The notes below the pieces were generated by a model that had not been told where the DNA came from, ran no database searches, and saw only the letters and a program-made list of their open reading frames with translations. Below are positions 1 through 7,803 of a stretch of DNA of 31,250 nt, piece by piece. Both the position numbers and the translations under genes were made by a program. The stretch comes from Candidatus Methylomirabilia bacterium (lineage in GTDB: Bacteria; Methylomirabilota; Methylomirabilia; Rokubacteriales; CSP1-6). Each line of letters opens with the position of its first letter. Within the stretch, counting starts at the first letter, position 1. Where the stretch lies: positions 1 through 31,250 of the forward strand of contig JBGQHJ010000044.1 of NCBI GenBank assembly GCA_041497895.1, given 5' to 3'.

Positions 1-1
1 G

Positions 2-280
2 CCGGCGGGGCTGACCCTGCGGGAGCTGGAGCAGCAGTACATTCTCCAGACGCTGGACGGGGTGGGGGGCAACCGCACGCAGGCGGCGCGGCTGCTCGGC
101 ATCAGCCTCCGCTGCCTCCAGTACAAGCTCAAGGCGTACCGTCACGCCGAGGCGGTCATGCGCCCCGAGGGAGCCGCGGGCGAACCCTCGCGGATCGTGC
201 CGCCCGGCGCCCGCCGCGGCGTGTCGTCCATGACCGACGTGATGTCGCTCGGTGATCGCCGCCGGATGATGATGTCCTGA
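2..280 (+). CDS. C-terminal end (Fis-type HTH) of a sigma-54-dependent transcriptional regulator, 5' partial
   Basis: Frame from nt 2 reads PAGLTLRELEQQYILQTLDGVGGNRTQAARLLGISLRCLQYKLKAY, the typical HTH_8 tail of NtrC/Fis-family activators; stop TGA at 278-280. Confidence 0.88.
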   Translation, partial: PAGLTLRELEQQYILQTLDGVGGNRTQAARLLGISLRCLQYKLKAYRHAEAVMRPEGAAGEPSRIVPPGARRGVSSMTDVMSLGDRRRMMMS

Positions 281-284
281 TCCC

Positions 285-335
285 GGGGACCGGGACGGGC
301 GAGCGCGCCGCGCTCGGCTTGTCCCGGTCTTCTCC
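285..335 (+). terminator. GC-rich hairpin, possible intrinsic terminator
   Basis: GACCGGGAC(288-296) pairs with GTCCCGGTC(321-329), with an inner CGAGCGC/GCGCTCG stem; lies just after the stop codon; pyrimidine tail is weak. Confidence 0.45.
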
Positions 336-347
336 CGCGGGTATTCT
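319..347 (+). promoter_or_regulatory. Putative sigma-70 promoter for the MFS gene
   Basis: TTGTCC(319-324)-N17-TATTCT(342-347), 8 nt before the GTG start at 356. Confidence 0.45.
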
Positions 348-355
348 CGGCGGCT

Positions 356-1651
356 GTGACCAGCGCCGGTCGCCCGCCCCTTCCGGATCCTGATGACGAC
401 GCCTCCGCGCGCCGTCTCGTGCGCCGCAACGCGGTGGCCCTCGGGATCGACTTCGGGCTCTTCGTGGTCGGGCTGTCCTTCGCGTCGCAGAGCACGATCC
501 TGCCCGCGTTCGCCGCGCATCTCGGGGCGTCCAACCTGATCATTGGCGCCATCCCGGCGCTCATGACGCTCGGGTGGAACCTCCCCTCGCTCTTCGCGGC
601 CGGCTACACCGAATCGCTCCCGCACAAGCTCCCCTTCGTGCTTCGGTACACGGTCTGGGAGCGGCTGCCGTTCCTGGTCCTGGCCGCGCTGGCCTTCTTC
701 GTGGCACGTCCCGCGCCCGCTCTGGCCCTGGCCCTCACGCTGGCGATGCTGCTCACGATCACGAGCGCGGGCGGGCTGCTGATGCCGGCCTGGATGGACA
801 TCGTCGGCCGTGCGGTGCCGGTGGGCCTGCGCGGTCGCTTCTTCGCGGTGGCGAGCCTCCTCGGTGGCGCGGGCGGGCTACTCGGCAGCATTCTGACCGC
901 CTGGGTTCTGGCGCGCCTGCCCGCCCCGCAGGGCTACGGGGTGTGCTTCCTCCTCGCCGCGCTGTTCATGGGCCTGTCCTACGCGGCGCTCTCGCAGGTG
1001 CGTGAGCCGCGCGCGGTCAAGGTGGAGACCGCGCCGCCCCTCGGCGCGTACCTGCGGCGGGTCGGCCGCGTGCTGCGCACGGATCGCAACCTCGTCTGGT
1101 ACCTGCTGTCGCGCGCCCTGGGCTTCGTCGGGACGATGGCCTCCGGCTTCTACACCGTCTACGCGCTGCGACGCTTCGGAGCGCCGGACTGGGCGGTGGG
1201 CGTCTTCACGACCGCGCTCGTCGCCGGGCAGATGGGTGGCAACCTGGTACTGGGCTCGCTCGCCGACCGCTCGGGGCACCTCGTGCCGCTCAACATCGGC
1301 ATGGGCGCGCTCCTGCTCGCGAACGTGGTGGCCATGTCGGCGCCCACGCTGCACGTGTTCACCCTGGTCTTCCTGCTGCAGGGCGTCCAGCTCGCCGCGG
1401 CCAACGTCTCGGGCCTGAACGTGCTGCTCGAGTTCGCCCCGAACCCGGCTGCGCGCCCCACGTACGTGGGCCTCGGCACCACCCTGATGACCCCGGTGGC
1501 GTTCGGAGCCCCGCTCCTGGCCGGGCTGCTGGCCGACGCCCTCGGCTTCCGGGCCGTCTTCGTGACGGCCGGAGTGGGCGCCCTGGGCTCCGCGGCATTG
1601 CTGCTCGGCCGCGTGCGCGAGCCGCGTCATCGCCCCTCCGGCGCAGGCTGA
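356..1651 (+). CDS. MFS transporter
   Basis: 431 aa with about 12 hydrophobic segments; MFS loop motifs GSLADRSG and RGRFFA. Confidence 0.9.
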   Translation: MTSAGRPPLPDPDDDASARRLVRRNAVALGIDFGLFVVGLSFASQSTILPAFAAHLGASNLIIGAIPALMTLGWNLPSLFAAGYTESLPHKLPFVLRYTVWERLPFLVLAALAFFVARPAPALALALTLAMLLTITSAGGLLMPAWMDIVGRAVPVGLRGRFFAVASLLGGAGGLLGSILTAWVLARLPAPQGYGVCFLLAALFMGLSYAALSQVREPRAVKVETAPPLGAYLRRVGRVLRTDRNLVWYLLSRALGFVGTMASGFYTVYALRRFGAPDWAVGVFTTALVAGQMGGNLVLGSLADRSGHLVPLNIGMGALLLANVVAMSAPTLHVFTLVFLLQGVQLAAANVSGLNVLLEFAPNPAARPTYVGLGTTLMTPVAFGAPLLAGLLADALGFRAVFVTAGVGALGSAALLLGRVREPRHRPSGAG

Positions 1652-1704
1652 TCGCCCCCCGCCCCGGGCGTGGTATTTTCGGCGGGCGGGAACCAGCCGG
1701 CTCC

Positions 1705-2625
1705 ATGGAGAGTTTGATGCCACGACGTGAGATGCGTCTCGTTCGCTGCGGGCAGTTGGCGGCGGTATTGCTCTTGATGCTGACCGCGGCGCACCCGGCG
1801 GCGGCCCAGAGCCGGGAGCAGATCGCCCGCGGGAAATACATCTTCGGCGCGGCGGCCGGGTGCGGATGCCACACCATCCCGAAGGGCGGAGTGCTCAACG
1901 CGGGCGGGCGCAAGTACGAAGGGCCGTTCGGCACGGTCTACTCGTCCAACATCACGCCGGACCCCGACACCGGGATCGGCAAGTGGACGGACGAGCAGAT
2001 CATCACCGCGATCCGGGCCGGTCGGCGCCCGAACGGCGAGCGGCTGATCCCGGTGCACCCGTATACCGTCTTCAACGGCATGGCCGAGCAGGACCTGAAA
2101 GACGTGGTGGCCTATCTGCGCTCGGTGCCGCCGGTGAACAAGGCCACGCCGGCGAAGAAGATCACGGTCCCGATGTTCGAGAGCGTGTTCCTGCCCGCCT
2201 GGCTGGCCACCTTCGCCCCCCGCGAGACGCCCCCCGCCGCCGCGCCGACCGCGGGCCCGGCCCGCGGCGAGTACCTGGTCCGCGCGGTGTCGCACTGCGG
2301 GGAATGCCACACCCCGCGGACCATGACCATGGCGACCGACAACAGCCGGTTCCTCGCCGGGGCACCCAAGGGCAAGGGACCGGAAGGCTCGGCGGTGCCC
2401 AACATCACCCCGGACCGCGAGACCGGTCTCGGCAGCTGGAGCGAGGAGCAGATCGCCGACTATCTCGAGAGCGGCAACAAGCCGGACGGTGACGTCGCCG
2501 GTGGCTTGATGGCCGAGGTCATCCAGGGCTCCTCGGCGGGCTACAAGGATCTGACCAAGGCCGATCGCCTCGCGATCGCCAAGCACCTGAAGTCCATCCC
2601 GGCGGTCAAGAACAAGATCGACTAG
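1705..2625 (+). CDS. Periplasmic c-type cytochrome (gluconate/alcohol dehydrogenase cytochrome subunit-like, two heme sites); exact start uncertain
   Basis: Signal peptide ending AAA-Q; two RG.Y....C..H / NITPD..TG.G.W repeats; heme motifs CGCH and CGECH. Confidence 0.88.
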   Translation: MESLMPRREMRLVRCGQLAAVLLLMLTAAHPAAAQSREQIARGKYIFGAAAGCGCHTIPKGGVLNAGGRKYEGPFGTVYSSNITPDPDTGIGKWTDEQIITAIRAGRRPNGERLIPVHPYTVFNGMAEQDLKDVVAYLRSVPPVNKATPAKKITVPMFESVFLPAWLATFAPRETPPAAAPTAGPARGEYLVRAVSHCGECHTPRTMTMATDNSRFLAGAPKGKGPEGSAVPNITPDRETGLGSWSEEQIADYLESGNKPDGDVAGGLMAEVIQGSSAGYKDLTKADRLAIAKHLKSIPAVKNKID

Positions 2626-2690
2626 AGCCACACTTTCACCAGCCGGACCGGGAGCCGCCGGACGCGGGCCGGTCCGCCACAGGAGGCGAG

Positions 2691-3182
2691 ATGAACGGTC
2701 GACTCACTCTCAGCGCCAGCGTGATCGTCATCGGCGGCTTGGCCCTCGGCCTCGTGGCCGGATGCGCGAGCAAGTCGATGTCCAAGATGGGCAGTGGAGA
2801 CGTGGTCGCGGACCGCCAGCGCCTGATGAAGCTGCAGGGCGCGAGCTGGGCGGACATCCAGGCCAAGGCGAAGGCCGGGAACATCGAGGCCATCGCGGTG
2901 AACGCGGAGACGCTCGCGCTGACCGCCCAGCAGATCCCGGCCCTGTTCCCCGAGGGCTCGCTCACCGACAAGTCGAAGGCCAAGCCCGAGGTTTGGCAGA
3001 AGTGGCCCGAGTTCGAGAATGCGGCCAAGAATCTAGGTGTCGAGGCCGAGAAGCTGCGCGACGCGGCCAAGGCGAAGAACGAGCAGCTGACGCAGCAGAT
3101 CGTGAAGGACTTCGGTCGCAACGCCTGCGGCACCTGCCACACCCCGTTCCGCCAGCCCCCTCCGCAGCAGCCGCGCTCGTAG
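2691..3182 (+). CDS. Class II cytochrome c (cytochrome c'/c556-like), predicted lipoprotein
   Basis: AGGAGG RBS; lipobox LVAG-C; RQRLMK, LFPEGS and AKPEVW motifs; C-terminal CGTCH. Confidence 0.88.
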   Translation: MNGRLTLSASVIVIGGLALGLVAGCASKSMSKMGSGDVVADRQRLMKLQGASWADIQAKAKAGNIEAIAVNAETLALTAQQIPALFPEGSLTDKSKAKPEVWQKWPEFENAAKNLGVEAEKLRDAAKAKNEQLTQQIVKDFGRNACGTCHTPFRQPPPQQPRS

Positions 3183-3273
3183 CGCGCGCCCGCGTGTCTC
3201 TCGGGGTCGGTCTCACCCGCGCAGCCGGGTGGGCCGGCCCCGCAGTTTGTCTGCTAGACTCGCTGCCAGGCCG

Positions 3274-4338
3274 ATGACGCGAGACTTCAAGGTGCTCGTC
3301 GTCGACGACGAGCCGGACATCGTCCGGTATCTCGAGCACGTCCTCCACCGGCTGGGCTACGTGACCGCCACCGCCGAGGACGGGGCCCAGGCCATCGAGA
3401 GGGCCGCCGCCGACCCGCCGGATCTGATCCTCCTCGACGTCATGATGCCGGTCATGGACGGCTTCGCGGTCTGCCGCCGCCTGCGCGAGCGCGAGGCCAC
3501 GCGACTCATCCCGGTGATCGTCATGACCGCGCTCGCCGGCATCGAGAACCGGGTGAAGCTGCTCGAGCACGGGGCGGACGACGTGCTGGCCAAGCCGGTG
3601 GACGAGCGCGAGCTGGTGGCCCGCGTCCAGGGGGCGCTGGCTCGGAAGCGCGAGCTCGACCACCGCCTCGACGATCTGGTCCGGGTGCGCGATCACTTCG
3701 CCAAGTTCGTGCCGGAGGCGGTCCGCCGCCTCGTGCTCGCCAACCCGGACGCGCCCGAGCTCGACAAGCACGAGCGCGACGTGACCGTGCTCTTCGTCGA
3801 CATCAGCGGCTACGGCCGGCTCGCCGAGAGCGTCGCGCCCGCCGACCTGAACGCGCTCGTCGAGCGCTACTTCGGGAGCTTCCTCGACCGCATCACCGAC
3901 GCGGGCGGCGACATCAACGAGACCTCCGGCGACGGGTTCATGGCGATCTTCCAGGACGGCGATCCGGCCGCCCACGCCGCGCGCACCGTGAACGCGGCGC
4001 TCATGCTGCTGGCGCTCACCGAGGCGCTCAACCAGACGGAGCACGACCACCCGCTCGCCATTCACATCGGCATCAACTCCGGGCCCGCTCTCGTCGGCTC
4101 CACGCGCTTCGAGGGCCGGCGCGGCACCCGCTGGACGTTCACCGCCAGTGGCATCGTGACCACGATGGCCGCGCGGCTCGCCGCCGCCGCGAGCGACGGC
4201 GAGATCCTCGCCGGCCCGGAGACCGTCCGCCGGCTCGGCGGGCGTTACCGGCTGGAGCGGGTGGGGCGCGAGCGGCTCAAGAACCTCAGCGAGGCCATCG
4301 AGGTGCACCGCGTCATCAGTCCGCCCTCGCGTCGGTGA
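3274..4338 (+). CDS. Response regulator receiver fused to class III adenylate/guanylate cyclase
   Basis: N-terminal VLVVDDE...DLILLDVMMPVMDG...KP; C-terminal VLFVDISGY, GDGFMA, IHIGINSG, AARL; ATG at 3274. Confidence 0.92.
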   Translation: MTRDFKVLVVDDEPDIVRYLEHVLHRLGYVTATAEDGAQAIERAAADPPDLILLDVMMPVMDGFAVCRRLREREATRLIPVIVMTALAGIENRVKLLEHGADDVLAKPVDERELVARVQGALARKRELDHRLDDLVRVRDHFAKFVPEAVRRLVLANPDAPELDKHERDVTVLFVDISGYGRLAESVAPADLNALVERYFGSFLDRITDAGGDINETSGDGFMAIFQDGDPAAHAARTVNAALMLLALTEALNQTEHDHPLAIHIGINSGPALVGSTRFEGRRGTRWTFTASGIVTTMAARLAAAASDGEILAGPETVRRLGGRYRLERVGRERLKNLSEAIEVHRVISPPSRR

Positions 4339-4355
4339 CCCGTGGCCTGGGGACG

Positions 4356-4523
4356 GCGGGGCGGCGGGGCCGGGCGGGGGGCACGCCCTCCGCGGGACAC
4401 GCTGCGTTGCTGCGCGGTGCGCCGTCTCGGGCGGGCCACGAGATAGGAGGGATTCGCTTCGCTGACCCGCAGAAGCCACGGTCCCGGGGAGGGCGTGTCC
4501 CCCGCCCGGCCCCGCCGCCCCGC
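4356..4523. repeat. Long-arm palindromic intergenic element, copy 1
   Basis: Arms 4356-4398 and 4481-4523 form 43 bp with one G-G mismatch and one G-T; the 82-nt loop is homologous to 9199-9281. Confidence 0.9.
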
Positions 4524-4619
4524 ATGGTCGAGGTCCTCGCGTCGGGCGTGCCCGCGGAGGAGACTCCTCCACCTCGGCTCTCTTGCACTCCGGTTGACCT
4601 ACGGGACTGGCCCTCGGGG

Positions 4620-5270
4620 TCAGCGGGCGAGGATGAGGGGTAGGAAGCCTCGGGTGGTGAGGGATCGGGCGGTGGTGGTGGCCTGGGCGCGGTCGGTGAA
4701 CGAGCCGATGCGGACTCGGTAGAGGGTCTGGCCGGCGACGGTGGACTCGGTGATCACCGCGTCGCCGCCCACCACGTCGCGCAGCGCCTCGGCGCGGGCC
4801 CGGCTGGTGAACGAGCCGACCTGCACCGTGAAGCCGCCGTCGCCGCCGGGCGCGCCGGCCCGGGTGCCGGGCAGGGAGACCACGCGGAGCTTCACCGGGA
4901 AGATCCCCGCACCCACCGCGCCCAGCTGGCGGGCCGCGGCGTAGGAGACGTCGAGGATGCGCCCATCCACGAACGGCCCCCGATCGTTGACACGCACCTC
5001 GGTGGACTGGCTCGTGTCCCGGTTGGTCACCAGCAGCCGCGTGCCGAAGGGCAGGGTCCGATGGGCCGCGGTGAGCTGGTTCATGTCGAACACCTCGCCG
5101 CTGGCGGTGCGCCGCCCCTGGTGCTGCGCCCCGTACCAGGAGGCGAAGCCGACCTCCTCGAGACCTGCGGCGGGGGGCACCGGCGGGCTCGTGACGACTG
5201 CGTGCGAGCAGCCGGCCAGGAGTGCCAGCATCGCCACCGCCGCCGTCGGCAGGAGATGCGCGCGTTGCAT
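4620..5270 (-). CDS. rlpA: Septal ring lytic transglycosylase RlpA family lipoprotein with SPOR domain
   Basis: Lipobox LLAG-C; GFASWYG, TASGE, TAAHRTLPFGT, VRVNDRGPF, RILDVS; C-terminal VQVGSF SPOR domain. Confidence 0.95.
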   Translation of the reverse strand: MQRAHLLPTAAVAMLALLAGCSHAVVTSPPVPPAAGLEEVGFASWYGAQHQGRRTASGEVFDMNQLTAAHRTLPFGTRLLVTNRDTSQSTEVRVNDRGPFVDGRILDVSYAAARQLGAVGAGIFPVKLRVVSLPGTRAGAPGGDGGFTVQVGSFTSRARAEALRDVVGGDAVITESTVAGQTLYRVRIGSFTDRAQATTTARSLTTRGFLPLILAR

Positions 5271-5407
5271 GGGATCCTTCTATCCTGCCATCGAGGCCCG
5301 GATAGGGCCAGGGGAGTCCGGCGCGAGTGCTAGACCCCTTGTCTTGCCGGGGGTTTCCTGGTACTCAGGTAGCCCAGCTTCCGACCCGCGAGGAGGGCGC
5401 TCGCATC

Positions 5408-5476
5408 ATGATGATCTCCCGATCGACCGTCCGAGCCCGGTCCCGCACCGCCTGCGCCCGCCCGGCCCGGGGCTGA
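5408..5476 (+). CDS. Possible 22-aa Arg-rich small ORF or leader peptide (MMISRSTVRARSRTACARPARG)
   Basis: AGGAGG at 5391-5396, ATG at 5408, TGA at 5474-5476; same frame as the following ORF. Confidence 0.3.
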   Translation: MMISRSTVRARSRTACARPARG

Positions 5477-5479
5477 TCC

Positions 5480-5677
5480 GTGCGCCTGAAGCGGGAGGAC
5501 GTGGAGCGCATGATGGAGGGACGCCCGGCCGGCAGCACCCTCGAGGAGGCCCTCGAGGTCTTCGAGGTCTTCGCGAGCGGCAGCCTCGCCGACGAGATCT
5601 ACGTGCTCGACGACGTCGGGGGTAAGCGCATCGCCATCGCCCCCGCCGCGTTGAAGGCGAAGTACCGGAAGGAGTGA
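5480..5677 (+). CDS. Small hypothetical protein (about 65 aa)
   Basis: High-GC3 codon usage typical of the window; its 3' end supplies the AGGAG RBS for the next gene. Confidence 0.7.
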   Translation: MRLKREDVERMMEGRPAGSTLEEALEVFEVFASGSLADEIYVLDDVGGKRIAIAPAALKAKYRKE

Positions 5678-5683
5678 CACGCC

Positions 5684-6511
5684 ATGGCCATCGTCACCAT
5701 CTCCCACGAGATCGGCGCCGGCGGCCCGGAGATCGGCCAGCAGCTGGCCGACCGCCTGGGTTACCGCTACGTGGACCACGAGCTCATCTCCAACGCAGCC
5801 ACGCGCTATGGCCTGCTGGAGGAAAAGCTCTCGCACCTCGACGAGTCCAAGCCGTCGCTCTTCGAGCGCTTCGACGCGGAGACGCGACGCTACATCACGG
5901 TGATCCAGACCGCGCTCTACGATTTCTCCGAGCAGGACAACGTGGTGCTGATGGGCCGCGGCGGGCAGTGGCTGCTGCGCGGCATCCCCCACGTGCTGCG
6001 CATCCGGGTGATGGCCCCGTTCGACGTGCGGGTCAAGCGGCTGACCAAGAAGCTCGCCGGCCCGATGGGGGAGCAGACGAACCCCCGGACCGTCACCGAG
6101 CTGGTGCGCCGCGACGACGCCGAGAAGGCCGGGCGGATGCGCTACCTGTACGAGGTCAGCGTCACCGACCCGTCGCTCTACGACCTCGTGATCAACACCG
6201 AGAAGCTCTCGATGGCGGCCGCGGTGGGCCTGCTCGCCGGAGTGGTCGGGCAGCCCGAGCTCGGCACCACCCCGGCCAGCTCCCAGCTCGTGGCCGACCG
6301 CTCGCTCGCCTCGCGGGTGCAGGTCGCGCTCGCCACGCATCCGGAGACGCGCAAGTATCGCATCACGGTCGAGGCCCGGAGCGGCGTGGTGACCCTCGAG
6401 GGCACCGCGGCCATGGACGAGGCGATGGACGTGGCGCGAAGCGTTGAGGGCGTGCGGGACGTCAAGGCGCGGCAGGTCGACATCCCGCCGATCCCGCCGT
6501 TCGTGGCCTAG
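5684..6511 (+). CDS. Cytidylate kinase-like family protein with C-terminal BON domain
   Basis: IVTISHEIGAGG..IG..LA..LGY, VVLMGRG and YDLVINT motifs; BON-like ITVEARSGVVTLEG...ARSVEGVRDV. Confidence 0.88.
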   Translation: MAIVTISHEIGAGGPEIGQQLADRLGYRYVDHELISNAATRYGLLEEKLSHLDESKPSLFERFDAETRRYITVIQTALYDFSEQDNVVLMGRGGQWLLRGIPHVLRIRVMAPFDVRVKRLTKKLAGPMGEQTNPRTVTELVRRDDAEKAGRMRYLYEVSVTDPSLYDLVINTEKLSMAAAVGLLAGVVGQPELGTTPASSQLVADRSLASRVQVALATHPETRKYRITVEARSGVVTLEGTAAMDEAMDVARSVEGVRDVKARQVDIPPIPPFVA

Positions 6512-6529
6512 GCGGGCTCGCCCGCGCGA

Positions 6530-7723
6530 TCAGTTCTTCGAGGAAGGGCCGGGACGCCGGCCCGAGTCCTCCGGCACCTCGGCGATGGTGACGGTCAGGT
6601 CCATCTTCTGCTTCTTGCGGACGATCTGGAGCTGGACGCTCTTGCCGACCCGCGCCTCCGCGACCAGGCGCTGCACGTGCCGGTAGTCTTCCACCGGGGT
6701 CTTGTCGAAGGCGACGATGACGTCGCCCTGCTCGAGCCCGGCCTGCGCGGCGGGGCTGCCGGTGATGGTGGAGCCCACCACCGCGCCGTTGGTCCCCTCG
6801 AGGCCGAGGCTCTGAGCCAGGTCCGGCGAGAGCGGCTGCAGCGCCACCCCGAGCCAGCCCCGGACCACCTTGCCCTTGTCCACCAGCTGGTCGACCACCC
6901 GCTTGACCATGTTGATCGGGATGGCGAAGCCGATGCCCTGCCCCGCGGCCACGATCGCGGTGTTCACCCCGATGACCTGGCCCTTCAGGTTGACGAGCGG
7001 CCCGCCGGAGTTGCCGGGATTGATCGAGGCGTCGGTCTGGATGAAGTTCTCGTAGGTGGCGATGCCAACGTCCGAGCGGCCGGTGGCGCTGATCACGCCG
7101 ACGGTGACGGTCTGGTCGAGCCCGAACGGATTGCCGATGGCGATGGCCCACTCGCCGACCCGGAGGGCGTCGGAGTTGCCCAGGGTGGCCACCGTCAGCT
7201 CGTGGTCGGGCTGGAACTTCACCACCGCGAGGTCCGTTTTCGGGTCGGTCCCGAGGATCTGTCCGCGGTATTCTCGTTTGTCGGAGAGTCGGATCAGGAT
7301 CTCGTCGGCGCCCTTGACGACGTGGAAGTTGGTGAGGACCAGGCCGCGCTTGTCGATGATCACCCCGGATCCGAGGCCGGGCCGGCGAAACTCGGAGCGC
7401 GAGTCGGGACCCTCGGAGCCGAAGAACTGATTGAAGAAATCACGGAAGAACGGGTCGTCGTTGCCCTGGGGCAGGTTGGGGCCACGCCGGGTCTTCGCGC
7501 GCTGGATGGTGCCCAGGTGAACCACCGCGGGCCGCACCTGCTGCGCCACGTCCACGAAGCCCATCTGCAGCGACTCGGCCAGCGCGACGCTGGTGGCCGC
7601 CGGCGCGGCGGTCGGGGCGGGCGCTCCGGGACGTCCGAGGTGACCGCGCACGAGGTACCCACCGCCCGCCGCGGCGGCCAGCAACGCGGCGACCACCGCG
7701 ATCAGTACCAGGCGACGGCTCAT
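6530..7723 (-). CDS. HtrA/DegP (Do) family serine protease with one PDZ domain
   Basis: GSGVII, LTNFHVV, DPKTDLAV, IQTDASINPGNSGGPL catalytic triad motifs; PDZ RGWLGV...GSPAAQAGL. Confidence 0.95.
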   Translation of the reverse strand: MSRRLVLIAVVAALLAAAAGGGYLVRGHLGRPGAPAPTAAPAATSVALAESLQMGFVDVAQQVRPAVVHLGTIQRAKTRRGPNLPQGNDDPFFRDFFNQFFGSEGPDSRSEFRRPGLGSGVIIDKRGLVLTNFHVVKGADEILIRLSDKREYRGQILGTDPKTDLAVVKFQPDHELTVATLGNSDALRVGEWAIAIGNPFGLDQTVTVGVISATGRSDVGIATYENFIQTDASINPGNSGGPLVNLKGQVIGVNTAIVAAGQGIGFAIPINMVKRVVDQLVDKGKVVRGWLGVALQPLSPDLAQSLGLEGTNGAVVGSTITGSPAAQAGLEQGDVIVAFDKTPVEDYRHVQRLVAEARVGKSVQLQIVRKKQKMDLTVTIAEVPEDSGRRPGPSSKN

Positions 7724-7765
7724 GTCTGTACTCTAGCAGGGAGCCCACGCGACATCGACCGTCGG

Positions 7766-7795
7766 ATGATAGCGACTGCCGTCTTTCACTGTCAA
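7766..7795 (-). promoter_or_regulatory. Near-consensus sigma-70 promoter upstream of the HtrA gene
   Basis: Minus strand TTGACA(7795-7790)-N18-TATCAT(7771-7766). Confidence 0.6.
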
Positions 7796-7803
7796 GGAAG
7801 CCA

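Noticed and set aside
4695..4819. Direct repeat GGTGAACGAGCCGA within rlpA
   Set aside because: It encodes the two GSFT half-repeats of the SPOR domain and is not a separate DNA element.
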